Assembly (NCBI GenBank): GCA_041573795.1 | Contig: JBFFQB010000003.1 | Coordinates: 1-59,162, forward strand | Length of the DNA: 59,162 bases | From: Anaerolineales bacterium | Lineage (GTDB): Bacteria; Chloroflexota; Anaerolineae; Anaerolineales; E44-bin32 | Reading direction: 5' to 3' | Made by a program: the position numbers and the translations under genes | Notes under the pieces: model-generated | The model's database searches: none | What the model was told of the DNA's origin: nothing | What the model saw: only the letters and a program-made list of their open reading frames with translations | In this document: piece by piece, positions 48,809 to 59,131 of the stretch | Layout: the number at the start of each line of letters is the position of its first letter | How positions within the stretch are numbered: the first letter of the stretch is position 1

Positions 48809-49198
48809 TTATCGCTTGGTATACGTCGGCGCCTTGCGGGCTCGTTTTAAACCTGGCTTTTTGCGTTCCTTCATCCTTGCATCGCGGGTGAGGAAACCAC
48901 CCTGACGCATCTTTGGTCGTAGTTCAGGATCCATCGCCAACAATGCACGCGCCAGACCGTGTCGGACAGCACCAGTTTGCCCCGTCACCCCTCCACCCTG
49001 AACCAGAACAGAAACATCAAGGCGTCCTTCCAGTTCGGCGGATTGTAACGGTTCAACAATACTTTCGACATCCCCTCCACGAGGGAAGTACTCGTTCAAA
49101 GGCTTTCCGTTGACGACAAAATTTCCAGTTCCAGAGACAATGCGGACGCGTGCGCTGCTTGTCTTACGCCGTCCGATTCCTTCATAATATTCAGCCAC
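48809..49198 (-). CDS. rpsI: 30S ribosomal protein S9
   Basis: GIGRRKTSSARV...GGGVTGQTGAVRHGLARAL...KKPGLKRARKAPTYTKR. GTG start. Confidence 0.97.
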   Translation of the reverse strand: MAEYYEGIGRRKTSSARVRIVSGTGNFVVNGKPLNEYFPRGGDVESIVEPLQSAELEGRLDVSVLVQGGGVTGQTGAVRHGLARALLAMDPELRPKMRQGGFLTRDARMKERKKPGLKRARKAPTYTKR

Positions 49199-49232
49199 GT
49201 ATTCCTCCCGTTCGATCTCTAACTTGCTAGAT

Positions 49233-49673
49233 CTAACGTACTTTTAAAGTCTGCGGTTTCTGCGCTTCATGAGGGTGCTTTACGCCGCTGTAGACTTTGA
49301 GCTTACTCATTAATTTTCGACCATGTCGATTTTTTGGCAGCATACCCCGCACCGCAGATGTGATCACCCGATCTGGGAATCGAGCTAGTTGTTCGCGTAG
49401 TGTGATCTGCTTCAATCCACCCGGATAGCCAGTGTGACGGTAATAGATCTTGTCATCTAATTTACTGCCGGTTACGGTGATCTTCTCAGCATTAATTACA
49501 ATGACGAAGTCGCCAACATCGACTCCAGGTGTAAATTGAGGCTTGTCTTTGCCCTGCAGTACATGCGCTATCGTCGACGCTACTCGACCGAGATTCTGTT
49601 CGGCGGCATCGAGCAGATACCATTTGCGCTCAACTTCACCTGGCTTTGGATAATAAGTTTTTTGCACGTTCAT
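49233..49673 (-). CDS. rplM: 50S ribosomal protein L13
   Basis: KWYLLDAAEQNLGRVAS...YYRHTGYPGG...MLPKNRHGR. Confidence 0.97.
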   Translation of the reverse strand: MNVQKTYYPKPGEVERKWYLLDAAEQNLGRVASTIAHVLQGKDKPQFTPGVDVGDFVIVINAEKITVTGSKLDDKIYYRHTGYPGGLKQITLREQLARFPDRVITSAVRGMLPKNRHGRKLMSKLKVYSGVKHPHEAQKPQTLKVR

Positions 49674-49746
49674 AACTCCTACATCGGTCGCTCTTCGTCT
49701 GAGCTAAACTTTCAATCTTCGTTCGTTGCTAAGGCCTTTCCCCGGT

Positions 49747-50520
49747 TCAATAGCGAACCGCCATCAAGCACAAGCCCTGCGGAGGGGCTAGCGCTCCTTG
49801 CCAGCGCTCTCCAGGGGTGTTCAGCATTCTATCGAACTCGTCGATCGACAGTCGGCCCTGCCCAATCTCCACAAGCACGCTCATAATCCTGCGGACCATG
49901 TGCTGGAGAAACGCATCAGCTTCGATATCAAAGCAGAGCCTTTCCCCCGCCACGGTCCATTTCGCCGTCTGGATCTGGCGAACCGTGGTGCCTTCTGGAT
50001 GCGGTGCTGGTCCAAAAACGCGCAGATCACGCTTGCCGATCAAACGCTCCGCGGCGTTTTGAATCAGCTTCTCGTCCGGGATCTGCTTCAACCGCATGGC
50101 AAACCGCTCAGCTAGAGGCTGCCGTACCCTGTCCACGAAGAGTGAATAGCGATAATGGCGGCTTTTCGCGGAAAAGCGCGGGTGAAAGCCCTCCGGCGCA
50201 ATCGCCGTCTCCCGGATGGCAATGTCCATCGGGAGATTGGCGTTGATTGCCCTGGTCAGCTCTTCCGGCGTATGAGCCCACACATGCTGGTACGAAATCA
50301 CCTGTCCCGCAGCGTGCACACCGCGATCTGTCCTGCCGGCTGCCAGTATCGAGCGTGATTGCCAACCCACTGCGGCCAAAGCCGTTTCAAGCTCTGATTG
50401 GACCGTTCGAGTGCCCGCAGTTTGACGCTGAAAGCCTTCAAACGCTGTGCCGTCGTAAGCAACGATCGATTTGTAAGTTACAGATGACGGGCGCAATGAT
50501 TCACCCGTCCCGGTCGGCAT
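49747..50520 (-). CDS. truA: tRNA pseudouridine(38-40) synthase
   Basis: VAYDGTAFEGFQRQ, AAGRTDRGVHAAGQV, HYRYSL and FLQHMVRRI motifs. Confidence 0.94.
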   Translation of the reverse strand: MPTGTGESLRPSSVTYKSIVAYDGTAFEGFQRQTAGTRTVQSELETALAAVGWQSRSILAAGRTDRGVHAAGQVISYQHVWAHTPEELTRAINANLPMDIAIRETAIAPEGFHPRFSAKSRHYRYSLFVDRVRQPLAERFAMRLKQIPDEKLIQNAAERLIGKRDLRVFGPAPHPEGTTVRQIQTAKWTVAGERLCFDIEADAFLQHMVRRIMSVLVEIGQGRLSIDEFDRMLNTPGERWQGALAPPQGLCLMAVRY

Positions 50521-50528
50521 CGTCCGAC

Positions 50529-50906
50529 CTATTCTTCAACCAATTCAAGCAGGACCATTTCGGCGCCATCACCATCGCGCGGTCCTAACTTAAGCATGCG
50601 CGTGTAGCCACCCGCACGCTCACTATAGCGGGGTGCGATTTCATCAAATAATTTCTTGACGATCTCCGGGTCAGCCAACCTGGCCGCAGCCAATCGGCGG
50701 GCATGAACTGCCTTTGCCTCGCCAGCGGCATTTCCCTTCTTCGCTAAGGTGATCATCCGTTCGGCCGGACCCCGGACCGCCTGCGCCTTTGCCTTGGTCG
50801 TGCGGATGCGCTCGTGACGGAAGAGTTCCTTCATCATCGTCTTCCGCATAGCAGTACGATGGGCTGATGATCTACCCAGTCTTTTCCCGGAAACTTTATG
50901 TCTCAT
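50529..50906 (-). CDS. rplQ: 50S ribosomal protein L17
   Basis: MRHKVSGKRLGRSSAHR...ERIRTTKAKA...GGYTRMLKLGPRDGD. Confidence 0.97.
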   Translation of the reverse strand: MRHKVSGKRLGRSSAHRTAMRKTMMKELFRHERIRTTKAKAQAVRGPAERMITLAKKGNAAGEAKAVHARRLAAARLADPEIVKKLFDEIAPRYSERAGGYTRMLKLGPRDGDGAEMVLLELVEE

Positions 50907-50912
50907 GAAAGC

Positions 50913-51884
50913 TTACTCCGCCTCAGCTGCTTCCTGGGTTCCATCTTCCATATACCCTTTTTCCTGCAGCCGTTCTTTCAATTCGTCCAGGCTCTTCTCG
51001 CCGAAATTGCGGATGGAGAGCATCGCCTCTTCGCCCTTCTCGAGCATGTCGAGCACTTCACCGACACTGGTAATTCCCGTCCGCTTGAGCGAGTTAAACA
51101 CGCGCACCGTTAGATCGAGATTCTCAATCGGTGTCTCATAGATTTCACTGGCGAGATGCGGCTCTTCTTCTTCGGCCGCTGCCACCATCAGGCTCTCCTC
51201 GGTAACGCCTGAGATGTCGCGCAAATGTGCCATCAAGATTTGTGCACTCTGACTTAAGGCGTCCTCAGGCTTGATGGTCCCATCCGTCCAGATCTCCATC
51301 ATCAGGCGATCGAAGCTTGTATCCTGACCCACACGGGCACGACCAACTTCATAATGCACGCGCCGGACAGGGTTGAAAATCGAGTCGGTCGGAAGCTCCC
51401 CAATCGGAAGCCGCCCGCGTTCATCCGAGGGAGAATATCCTCGCCCTCGTTCCACGTTCATCTCGATCTCGATATGCGCCTTATCATCATCCACAGTAAG
51501 CAGGTATAGCTCGGGGTTGACAATTTCTACTTCGGCGGGTGCCATGATATCCGCCGCCGTGACAACACCCTCCCCTTTAACCTCCAGACGGAGTCTGGCC
51601 GATTCAGTGTCATGGATGATCAGGCGCAGCTTCTTGATGTTGAGCATCAGCTGCAGTACATCCTCACGTACTCCGGGGATATCAGAGAACTCATGTGGAA
51701 CATCAGTGATACGGATTGAAGTTACCGCAGCACCATCCAAAGAGCTCAATAGCACACGGCGCATAGCATTGCCAACTGTAATGCCATAGCCTGCCTCAAG
51801 CGGACTGATCACAAATTTGCCATAATTGCGAGCGACAGCTTCGCGCTCAATTTTCGGCATAACCATATTAGTGGTAATGACCAC
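50913..51884 (-). CDS. rpoA: DNA-directed RNA polymerase subunit alpha
   Basis: YGKFVISPLEAGYGITVGNAMRRVLLSS, and a C-terminal domain with LDLTVRVFNSLKRTGI. The track start at 51911 is TTG. A GTG at 51884 lies 5 nt after GGAGGG and is preferred. ATGs at 51866 and 51860 are also possible. Confidence 0.95.
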   Translation of the reverse strand: MVITTNMVMPKIEREAVARNYGKFVISPLEAGYGITVGNAMRRVLLSSLDGAAVTSIRITDVPHEFSDIPGVREDVLQLMLNIKKLRLIIHDTESARLRLEVKGEGVVTAADIMAPAEVEIVNPELYLLTVDDDKAHIEIEMNVERGRGYSPSDERGRLPIGELPTDSIFNPVRRVHYEVGRARVGQDTSFDRLMMEIWTDGTIKPEDALSQSAQILMAHLRDISGVTEESLMVAAAEEEEPHLASEIYETPIENLDLTVRVFNSLKRTGITSVGEVLDMLEKGEEAMLSIRNFGEKSLDELKERLQEKGYMEDGTQEAAEAE

Positions 51885-51937
51885 GATTTCCCTCCACGAT
51901 TCACGATCCAAAGAACGTGACCGTGCAAACTACACCA

Positions 51938-52576
51938 CTAGCGGGAGTAGTATTCGACGATCAGCTGCTCGTTCAGATTTGCGTCAATATCGGCTCGCTC
52001 AGGCATTTTGGCGATCTTGCCTGAGAGTTCCTTTAGATCTCGGTCAAGCCATGCTGGAACCGTCTTTGCTTCTGCCACGTCTCCAACATCCTTGAAATAG
52101 GTTCGCTTGCGCGATCCTTCGCGTACTTCAATTAAATCCCCGGTTTCGACCAGCATCGAGGGGATATCCGTTCGCCTCCCATTGACATTGAAGTGCCCAT
52201 GGGTGACCAGCAAACGCGCTTGCTGGCGACTCTCGGCCATGCCTAAGCGATAAACGACATTATCGAGACGCCGCTCAAGCATGCGCAGTAGGTTAACCCC
52301 AGTCAACCCGCGCTGCTGGACTGCGCTACGGTAATAGCGACGGAATTGACGCTCCGTGACGCCATAGATGCGGCGTGTCTTCTGCTTCTCACGCAATTGA
52401 CGGCTGTAGTCAGAGACACGACGGCGTCGGAACTGCGAATCACGTCCATGCTCTCCTGGAGGGTAGCCGCGGCGCTCGAAAGCACATTTCGCTGTGAAGC
52501 AACGCTGCCCCTTTAAGAAGAGTTTCTCGCCTTCCCGGCGGCATAATTTACAAACAGGACCAATATACCTTGCCAT
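51938..52576 (-). CDS. rpsD: 30S ribosomal protein S4
   Basis: [26 protein letters not shown], plus an S4 RNA-binding domain. Confidence 0.97.
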   Translation of the reverse strand: MARYIGPVCKLCRREGEKLFLKGQRCFTAKCAFERRGYPPGEHGRDSQFRRRRVSDYSRQLREKQKTRRIYGVTERQFRRYYRSAVQQRGLTGVNLLRMLERRLDNVVYRLGMAESRQQARLLVTHGHFNVNGRRTDIPSMLVETGDLIEVREGSRKRTYFKDVGDVAEAKTVPAWLDRDLKELSGKIAKMPERADIDANLNEQLIVEYYSR

Positions 52577-52609
52577 GGATAATGTTATTCCTTCCTTTTC
52601 AACGTTCGA

Positions 52610-53002
52610 TTAGACGCGGCGCTTCTTCGGAGGGCGGCATCCGTTGTGCGGGATGGGGGTCACGTCACTAATGGAACGGACCTTCAGTTCAGTCCCCATC
52701 AATGCCCGAATCGCAGCTTCGCGGCCGGGACCGGGACCCTTCACCAAAACATCAACTTCCTGCAGGCCAAGATCCTTTGCTGCTTTCAGAACTTCCTGAG
52801 CAGCCAGGCGCGCCGCATAGGGTGTTGACTTGCGCGAGCCCTTAAAGCCAGATGAACCTGCGCTCGCCCACACCACGGCATTGCCCTGGAGATCAGTGAT
52901 CGTAATGATCGTGTTATTAAACGTTGCGTGGATATATGCTTTGCCATGCGACAACGTTCGCTTTGTTTTGCGGGAGGATGCCCGCTGTGATCTCTTCGCC
53001 AT
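52610..53002 (-). CDS. rpsK: 30S ribosomal protein S11
   Basis: [30 protein letters not shown]...[16 protein letters not shown]. Confidence 0.97.
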   Translation of the reverse strand: MAKRSQRASSRKTKRTLSHGKAYIHATFNNTIITITDLQGNAVVWASAGSSGFKGSRKSTPYAARLAAQEVLKAAKDLGLQEVDVLVKGPGPGREAAIRALMGTELKVRSISDVTPIPHNGCRPPKKRRV

Positions 53003-53136
53003 ACGCTATTCTGCCTATCCTCTCTCAAATTCTTCCGCTCATCTGCACTATCAGGCGTCCTGACGACGAACTGGTTGCCGCGGTGGGTGGAAGGTTCCCA
53101 TCACCAGTTCAGCGTCATGCGCCTCAGGCAAATGAA

Positions 53137-53526
53137 TTACTTCTTCTTTGCTCCACGACGACGCCCACGCCCAGCCACAGTCTTCTTGGGGCCTTTGCGC
53201 GTGCGTGCATTGGTACGGGTACGTTGACCATTTACCGGCAACGCTCGCCGGTGGCGTAAGCCGCGGTAACATCCGATCTCCATCAAGCGCTTGATATTCA
53301 TCTGAACCTCCCGCCGCAGGTCACCTTCGACGGTTACGTTCTGGGAGATAAATTCGCGCAATCCCGTTACCTCTTCTTCCGTGAGGTCACGAACCCGGCG
53401 ATCGGGATCGACTCCCGTCGCCTGGAGCATCTGCATCGCGGTTGAGCGCCCAATGCCGTGAATATAGGTCAAGCCAATTTCGACCCGCTTATCGCGTGGC
53501 AGGTCAACACCTTCAATACGTGCCAT
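53137..53526 (-). CDS. rpsM: 30S ribosomal protein S13
   Basis: [26 protein letters not shown]...[25 protein letters not shown]. Confidence 0.97.
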   Translation of the reverse strand: MARIEGVDLPRDKRVEIGLTYIHGIGRSTAMQMLQATGVDPDRRVRDLTEEEVTGLREFISQNVTVEGDLRREVQMNIKRLMEIGCYRGLRHRRALPVNGQRTRTNARTRKGPKKTVAGRGRRRGAKKK

Positions 53527-53529
53527 GAT

Positions 53530-53643
53530 TTACCCCTGTCGCTGCTTATGACGCGGATTTTCACAAATAACGTACACTTTGCCGCGACGCTTAACGACCT
53601 TACACTTCGGACAGCGTCTGCGGACCGATGATGATACTTTCAT
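53530..53643 (-). CDS. rpmJ: 50S ribosomal protein L36
   Basis: My own translation; the ORF is too short for the track. [37 protein letters not shown], with a zinc-ribbon C..C...C....H pattern. Its ATG overlaps the map stop as ATGA. Confidence 0.92.
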   Translation of the reverse strand: MKVSSSVRRRCPKCKVVKRRGKVYVICENPRHKQRQG

Positions 53644-54497
53644 ACTGATGAACTCCTTGACCCCGAATTCTCCCGGGGCCAGCCGACAAAGTAATCATTA
53701 TAACGGATCCAGATTTCATCGTCTAGATCTTCATCCTTATCGGTGAGGATCCAGGGACCATTTTCTGTAATTGCGACCGTGTGCTCGAAGTGCGCGGTGA
53801 GCTTCCCATCGCGGGAGGCGACGGTCCAACGGTCTTCCAGCACACGCGTCTCCCTGCTACCACTCAAGACCATCGGCTCGAGCGCAATGGTCATCCCGGG
53901 TTTTAGAGGCACGCCACGACCTTCTAAGCCGTAGTTTGGAACTTGTGGATCTTCATGCATACTGCGCCCCACTCCGTGCCCCGTGTATTCCCGCACAACC
54001 TCATAGCCATGTCGCTCAACATGTTGTTGGATCGCCGCCGAAACATCCCCTGTAAGGTTTCCCGGGATCATTTTTGCAATCCCGGCAAACAGCGATTCTC
54101 TCGTGACATCGATCAGCCGTTGTGCTTCAGGCGTGATCTCACCAACACCCACGGTCAAGGCCGAATCACCTACAAAGCCTCCGTGCACTGTGCCGCAATC
54201 GATACTGACAATATCCCCTTCTTTCAAGCGCCGCTTACCAGGAATGCCATGGACCAATTCGTCGTTCACCGATATGGTCGTCTCGGCAGGATATGGATAT
54301 GCCCCTGGCACCCCCACAAAGGCTGGTTTGGCCTCAAAATCCTGCAGGACGGCAGCTGCGGCGGCGTTGATCTCTGCCGTGCTGACACCTGGTTCTATGA
54401 CTGCTAAGGCAGCAGCGAGGGCTTTGGCGTTGATCTTGCCCGCCATGCGCATTCGCTCCAGCTCTCGCTTACTTTTAAGCATGACGCCTCTTGCCAT
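53640..54497 (-). CDS. map: Type I methionine aminopeptidase with a ~35-aa C-terminal extension
   Basis: Metal ligand context ([32 protein letters not shown]). The tail [33 protein letters not shown] extends beyond the usual end. Confidence 0.95.
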   Translation of the reverse strand: MARGVMLKSKRELERMRMAGKINAKALAAALAVIEPGVSTAEINAAAAAVLQDFEAKPAFVGVPGAYPYPAETTISVNDELVHGIPGKRRLKEGDIVSIDCGTVHGGFVGDSALTVGVGEITPEAQRLIDVTRESLFAGIAKMIPGNLTGDVSAAIQQHVERHGYEVVREYTGHGVGRSMHEDPQVPNYGLEGRGVPLKPGMTIALEPMVLSGSRETRVLEDRWTVASRDGKLTAHFEHTVAITENGPWILTDKDEDLDDEIWIRYNDYFVGWPRENSGSRSSSV

Positions 54498-55162
54498 TAT
54501 TCAGTCTCACCCGGCGATTTCAAGACATCGATCATCGCCGCTGTCACATCGTCGATCGAATAGACCCCATTGACTTCACGCAGTAAATTCCGCTTGCGGA
54601 AGTGTTCGATCAACGGAGTCGTTTGACGCTGATAAACCTCGACGCGCTCCAGGACAGTCTCGCGCATATCATCACGCCGTTGATAAAGTTCAGAGCCGTC
54701 ATAATCACAGACGCCCGGCACTTTCGGGGGGTTGAATTCCACGTGAAAGATATGACCAGCCTCCCGACAGGTCCTACGTCCACAGACTCTGCGAGCCAGC
54801 ACTTCCTCCGCAACCTTGATGTGGATGACGGCTCGCAAAGAGCTCCCCAGATCTTTCAGGATCGCGTCCAACGCCTCCGCCTGTGGAGGCGTGCGTGGAA
54901 ATCCATCAAGGATGGCGCCCGGGGCGCAATCAGGCCGAGAAAGGCGTTCACGGATCATGCCGATGGTGACGTCGTCAGGCACGAGCTGACCTTGCTCGAT
55001 GTAAGCATTAGCCTTTACTCCGAGTTCGGTTTGATTTTTAAGGTGCTCTCTAAATAAGGCGCCGCTAGATATGTGCGGCACGTTCAAACTTTGTGCAAGT
55101 CGTAGAGCTTGAGTCCCCTTCCCAGCACCAGGAGGACCAAGCAGCACTACGAATACTGCCAT
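54497..55162 (-). CDS. adk: Adenylate kinase (long, zinc-lid type)
   Basis: LLGPPGAGKGTQA P-loop, DGFPRT, and a lid with C..C...C.D. TAATG overlap with map. Confidence 0.96.
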   Translation of the reverse strand: MAVFVVLLGPPGAGKGTQALRLAQSLNVPHISSGALFREHLKNQTELGVKANAYIEQGQLVPDDVTIGMIRERLSRPDCAPGAILDGFPRTPPQAEALDAILKDLGSSLRAVIHIKVAEEVLARRVCGRRTCREAGHIFHVEFNPPKVPGVCDYDGSELYQRRDDMRETVLERVEVYQRQTTPLIEHFRKRNLLREVNGVYSIDDVTAAMIDVLKSPGETE

Positions 55163-55174
55163 TTCACACCGTTC

Positions 55175-56512
55175 CTAGCGCACAAGCACGGCTTGATCGT
55201 AGCCTCGCAGTTTCAATTCGGCTTCGATGGAGCGGTATAAATCACGCACCACACCCACTACAATCAGCAAGCCAGAAGAAGAAACCAACAGAAGGCCGGT
55301 ATTACCCCCACCAATGGGCCAGATCAACCCGACCAGGAAGGGCATGATCGCTACAATGCCGAGGAATAAAGCGCCCGGAAAGGTGATACGGCGCAGGACG
55401 CGGGTGAGATAACGCTGCGTTGCCACACCTTTGGTCACACCCGGCACCTGAGCTCCAGATCGCTTCAAATTCTCCCCGTAATTTTGTTGGCCGAAAAGCA
55501 CATCAGTGTAAAAAAACGTGAATCCGACCACAAAGAAAAAGTACAAAATCCAATAGGTGCTGCTGAATCCACCGAAAGTTGACTGCAACCATATGGCGAT
55601 ATTACGGATTGTGGCATTGGTTGAGTCGATAAAGAACTGCGCCAGAACTGCAGGGAAGGTCAGCAGGGACTGGGCGAAAATAATCGGGATCATTCCTGCC
55701 ATATTGACCATCAGTGGCAACGTTCCCTTTACCGGCATCGACATACGATTGCCGACCCGCCGGCCCGGATACATCACCGGCACATTACGGCGCCCCTCCT
55801 GCACGTAGACAATTGCAAAGATTGTCATGCCCATCAGGAACACCAGGAATAGGATGATCGGGATCAGCTGCTCGCCTGATTGACTGGCGATCAATTGACC
55901 CAAATTGGTGGGCATACGTGAGACGATACCGGCAAAAATGATCAAAGAGAGACCCTGGTTGCGGATACCGTATTCTGAGATCAACTCACCCAACCAGATG
56001 GCAAACATCGTGCCGGCCGTCATCGTCAACACTGTAGCGAAAGTTGAAAGGTTCGCGCCAAGTGGAACGTTAAGCACACTCACTCCCGCATACTGCTGGA
56101 ACAAACGGATTTGGCCCAGGGCGTTCAGCGCTGCCATCGGCACAGCCAGGTAATAGGTCCACTTCTCTTGCCACTTGCGTCCTTCGCGTGGATCATCTTC
56201 CATCCTTTGCTGCAAGGCCGGAATAATGGGCACCAGCAGCTGCAGGATAATCTGGGCTGTGATATAGGGATATACACCCATTGCCAGCACGGAGAAGTTC
56301 GAAACGGTTCCGCCCGAGAGCAAGTCCAGCAATCCGAATAACGTCTGTCCCTGCCCGCTCCCACTCAACACGCCTTGAATGGCGACGCGGTTGACACCTG
56401 GAACAGGGATCACCGCCACGAAGCGGTAAATCACCAACAGTAAGAGGGTGATCAAGATGCGGTTACGGATATCCGATGAGATAAAGAGAAACCGCAATGT
56501 TGAACGTCGCAT
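55175..56512 (-). CDS. secY: Preprotein translocase subunit SecY
   Basis: 445 aa with 10 TM helices. LDLLSGG, GVYPYITAQII and the position between rplO and adk. Confidence 0.97.
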   Translation of the reverse strand: MRRSTLRFLFISSDIRNRILITLLLLVIYRFVAVIPVPGVNRVAIQGVLSGSGQGQTLFGLLDLLSGGTVSNFSVLAMGVYPYITAQIILQLLVPIIPALQQRMEDDPREGRKWQEKWTYYLAVPMAALNALGQIRLFQQYAGVSVLNVPLGANLSTFATVLTMTAGTMFAIWLGELISEYGIRNQGLSLIIFAGIVSRMPTNLGQLIASQSGEQLIPIILFLVFLMGMTIFAIVYVQEGRRNVPVMYPGRRVGNRMSMPVKGTLPLMVNMAGMIPIIFAQSLLTFPAVLAQFFIDSTNATIRNIAIWLQSTFGGFSSTYWILYFFFVVGFTFFYTDVLFGQQNYGENLKRSGAQVPGVTKGVATQRYLTRVLRRITFPGALFLGIVAIMPFLVGLIWPIGGGNTGLLLVSSSGLLIVVGVVRDLYRSIEAELKLRGYDQAVLVR

Positions 56513-56543
56513 GCCTTGCTCCTTTTAAGCCTCGATCCTACGA

Positions 56544-56993
56544 TCAGGCTTCGAGGACCTCCACGGAACCTCCAGCGGCTTCAATCTTCGCTTTTGCGCC
56601 ACTCGAGATACGGTGAACTTTAACCTTGAGCGGGACTTTCACTTCTCCCTGGCCCAGGATGACAACCGGAGCCTTTAGATCCTTGAGAATACCGGCTGAA
56701 ACCAGGCTCTCAGGTGTCACTTCGCTGTCGGCTTTGAGGCCAGTGAGCTTTTCCAGATTTACCTGCTGCCATTCTTTGCGATTGATATTCGTGAACCCGC
56801 GTTTAAAGGGCAATCGGCGGAAGAAGGGAAGGTTACCACCCTGGCGATAGAGCTTCCCGCCTGCGCCCGCGCGGGCACCATAGCCCTTGGTGCCACGCCC
56901 CGCAGTTTTTCCCTGACCGGCTGATATGCCGCGCCCTTTACGCTTGCGCTTCTTCGTAGCCCCAAAACGTGGCTGTAAATCATGCAGCTTCAT
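56544..56993 (-). CDS. rplO: 50S ribosomal protein L15
   Basis: MKLHDLQP...KRKGRGISAGQGKTAGRGTKG. Confidence 0.96.
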   Translation of the reverse strand: MKLHDLQPRFGATKKRKRKGRGISAGQGKTAGRGTKGYGARAGAGGKLYRQGGNLPFFRRLPFKRGFTNINRKEWQQVNLEKLTGLKADSEVTPESLVSAGILKDLKAPVVILGQGEVKVPLKVKVHRISSGAKAKIEAAGGSVEVLEA

Positions 56994-57001
56994 GCTTGAT
57001 C

Positions 57002-57199
57002 CTATTCCTCCACCTTAACCAAGTGTCGCACCTTGGTAATCATGCCGCGGATTTCTGGTACGTCCGGCTGTTCTACCACCTGATTGATTCGACGCAAGCC
57101 TAATGCACGTACCGTACTCTTCTGCTTTTTGTTGTAGCCTATCGGACTGCGAACCAACGTAATCCGTAGGATCTTTCCCTTACTTGCTCGCTTAGCCAT
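57002..57199 (-). CDS. rpmD: 50S ribosomal protein L30
   Basis: The internal ATG at 57199 gives [40 protein letters not shown]. The longer track ORF would run deep into rpsE. Confidence 0.9.
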   Translation of the reverse strand: MAKRASKGKILRITLVRSPIGYNKKQKSTVRALGLRRINQVVEQPDVPEIRGMITKVRHLVKVEE

Positions 57200-57728
57200 C
57201 GGTCTTTCGCTCCCAGAAAGGCAGGAGATCCTCTTTCTTCTTACCGCGTTTGGCTGCCTCTTCATCGATCGACTTCATGCTGTGCAAACCTTTTAAGGTC
57301 GCCTGTGCAACGTTGAGAACATTGGCGCTTCCGAGCGACTTGGTCAGGATATCACGTACTCCGGCGGCTTCCAGCACCGCGCGCACTGCACCACCAGCAA
57401 TCACGCCGGTACCTGGTGAAGCAGGTTTTAGCAAGACCTTGGCACCACTGTGTTTACTGGTAAGCTCGTGAGGCACCGTGGAGCCAACGATCGTGATTTC
57501 GCGCATATCCTTGCGGGCTTTATCGGCAGCTTTCCGGATCGCATCCGGAACGCCGCGTGCCTTGCCTACGCCTAGCCCAACCTTGCCGCGGTTATCCCCC
57601 ACGACAACGGCCACACGGAATGCAAAGCGCCGACCACCCTTTACCACTTTGGCTACGCGGGAGATATCAATCACGCGTTCGTCCAGCTCTTCGCGATCGT
57701 CCATTCTGTCTCGAAAATCTCTTCTCAC
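57192..57728 (-). CDS. rpsE: 30S ribosomal protein S5
   Basis: [28 protein letters not shown]...[21 protein letters not shown] start. Confidence 0.96.
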   Translation of the reverse strand: MRRDFRDRMDDREELDERVIDISRVAKVVKGGRRFAFRVAVVVGDNRGKVGLGVGKARGVPDAIRKAADKARKDMREITIVGSTVPHELTSKHSGAKVLLKPASPGTGVIAGGAVRAVLEAAGVRDILTKSLGSANVLNVAQATLKGLHSMKSIDEEAAKRGKKKEDLLPFWERKTDG

Positions 57729-57748
57729 TACTCGATCTCCCTTCAGCC

Positions 57749-58114
57749 CTAGAATTCTAGTCCGCCCTCGCGCGCAGCTTCAGCAAGCGCACGGACACGT
57801 CCGTGGTAGCGGTAGCCACCCCGATCAAATACGACCGTCTTCACACCAGCCTTCTTGGCACGTTTTGCGACTTCTTCGCCAATCAGGCGTGCCTGCTCGG
57901 TCTTAGATTTTCCCTTTAGCTTGGATCCAATCGCGCCATCCAAGCTCGAAACGGAAATCAGCGTGTGCCCTTTGTCATCATCGATGACCTGGGCATAGAT
58001 CTGATTCAGGCTGCGGTATACGTTCAAACGCGGACGCTCTTGTGTGCCTGCGACCTTCTTCCGCACTCGCTGATGCCGTCGAATTCTCTGTAGATTGCGT
58101 GCTTCTTTTGCCAT
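57749..58114 (-). CDS. rplR: 50S ribosomal protein L18
   Basis: [34 protein letters not shown]...[26 protein letters not shown]. Confidence 0.96.
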   Translation of the reverse strand: MAKEARNLQRIRRHQRVRKKVAGTQERPRLNVYRSLNQIYAQVIDDDKGHTLISVSSLDGAIGSKLKGKSKTEQARLIGEEVAKRAKKAGVKTVVFDRGGYRYHGRVRALAEAAREGGLEF

Positions 58115-58116
58115 AA

Positions 58117-58665
58117 TTACGCCATCACCTTGCCGGCCTTACCTGCCTTACGGCGGACATACTCACCTTCATACCGGATCCCTTTGCCCTTGTAAGGTTC
58201 GGGGGGTCGAATCTTACGTATATCCGCAGTGACCCGGCCTACGAGTTCTTTATCGATGCCCTTGACCTTAATCGTTCGGGCACGGGTATCGACTTCAAAT
58301 TCAATCCCGTCGGGGGGTTCTACTCGCACAGGGTGTGAAAACCCGACGTTCAGGATGAGCGTCTTACCTTCCAGTTCTGGTCGGTAACCAACACCCTCAA
58401 CCTGTAAAGTCTTATCAAAGCCTTCGCTCACGCCAACAACCATGTTGTTGATCAGCGCCCGCGTCAAACCGTGCAGAGCCCGCATTTGGGGAGCATCGGA
58501 CGGCCGCTCGACCGTGACGACCCCTTCTGATAGTGCGATCTCCATTTCGGGTCGGAAATCACGCACAAGCTCGCCCTTCGGTCCTTTGACCGTGACGTGA
58601 ACTTTTTTAATATCTACCTGTACACCATCGGGTACAACGATGGGCATACGACCAATTCTTGACAC
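58117..58665 (-). CDS. rplF: 50S ribosomal protein L6
   Basis: [16 protein letters not shown]...[14 protein letters not shown] at 58665 lies 5 nt after GGAGG and gives the canonical MSRIG start. The track start at 58683 is also possible. Confidence 0.95.
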   Translation of the reverse strand: MSRIGRMPIVVPDGVQVDIKKVHVTVKGPKGELVRDFRPEMEIALSEGVVTVERPSDAPQMRALHGLTRALINNMVVGVSEGFDKTLQVEGVGYRPELEGKTLILNVGFSHPVRVEPPDGIEFEVDTRARTIKVKGIDKELVGRVTADIRKIRPPEPYKGKGIRYEGEYVRRKAGKAGKVMA

Positions 58666-58759
58666 GTTCGCCTCCAACTTCACACATCTTCATCCATGCC
58701 TTCTCAAAGCGGCCAGCCGGAGCTTACCGCTATAGAGTCAGGCATGACCATGTGCAGGA

Positions 58760-59131
58760 CTACCAGACCTCACACAGGACTTCGCCACCTACACCCAGCT
58801 GTCTGGCGCGGCCGCCTGTCATCACACCCTTAGGGGTTGTCAGGATTGAAATCCCCATGCCCGACTGTACCCAAGGGATATCTTGCTTCCCCACGTAAAC
58901 CCTACGCCCGGGCTTGCTCACCCGCTTCAGGCCTGAGATTACTGGCTTGCGATCCCTTCGTTCACCTACATATTTCAATTGGAGACGCAGAGAACTCTGT
59001 GGTTTGCCCTTAACCTCAATTTCCTCGAAGCTCTTGATAAAACCCTCTTCCTGGAGGATCTTGATCAGGAGATTGAGGTTGACCCGGTTGTCGTCAACGA
59101 CAAGGACCGTATGGGGAGAAGGTATAGACAT
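58760..59131 (-). CDS. rpsH: 30S ribosomal protein S8 with an aberrant N-terminus that looks like a response-regulator receiver
   Basis: From EEGFIKSFEEIEVKGKPQSSLRLQLKY to GVGGEVLCEVW the protein is canonical S8. The first ~27 residues, MSIPSPHTVLVVDDNRVNLNLLIKILQ, lack the conserved DPIADMLTRIRNA block and read like a receiver N-terminus. See findings. Confidence 0.8.
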   Translation of the reverse strand: MSIPSPHTVLVVDDNRVNLNLLIKILQEEGFIKSFEEIEVKGKPQSSLRLQLKYVGERRDRKPVISGLKRVSKPGRRVYVGKQDIPWVQSGMGISILTTPKGVMTGGRARQLGVGGEVLCEVW

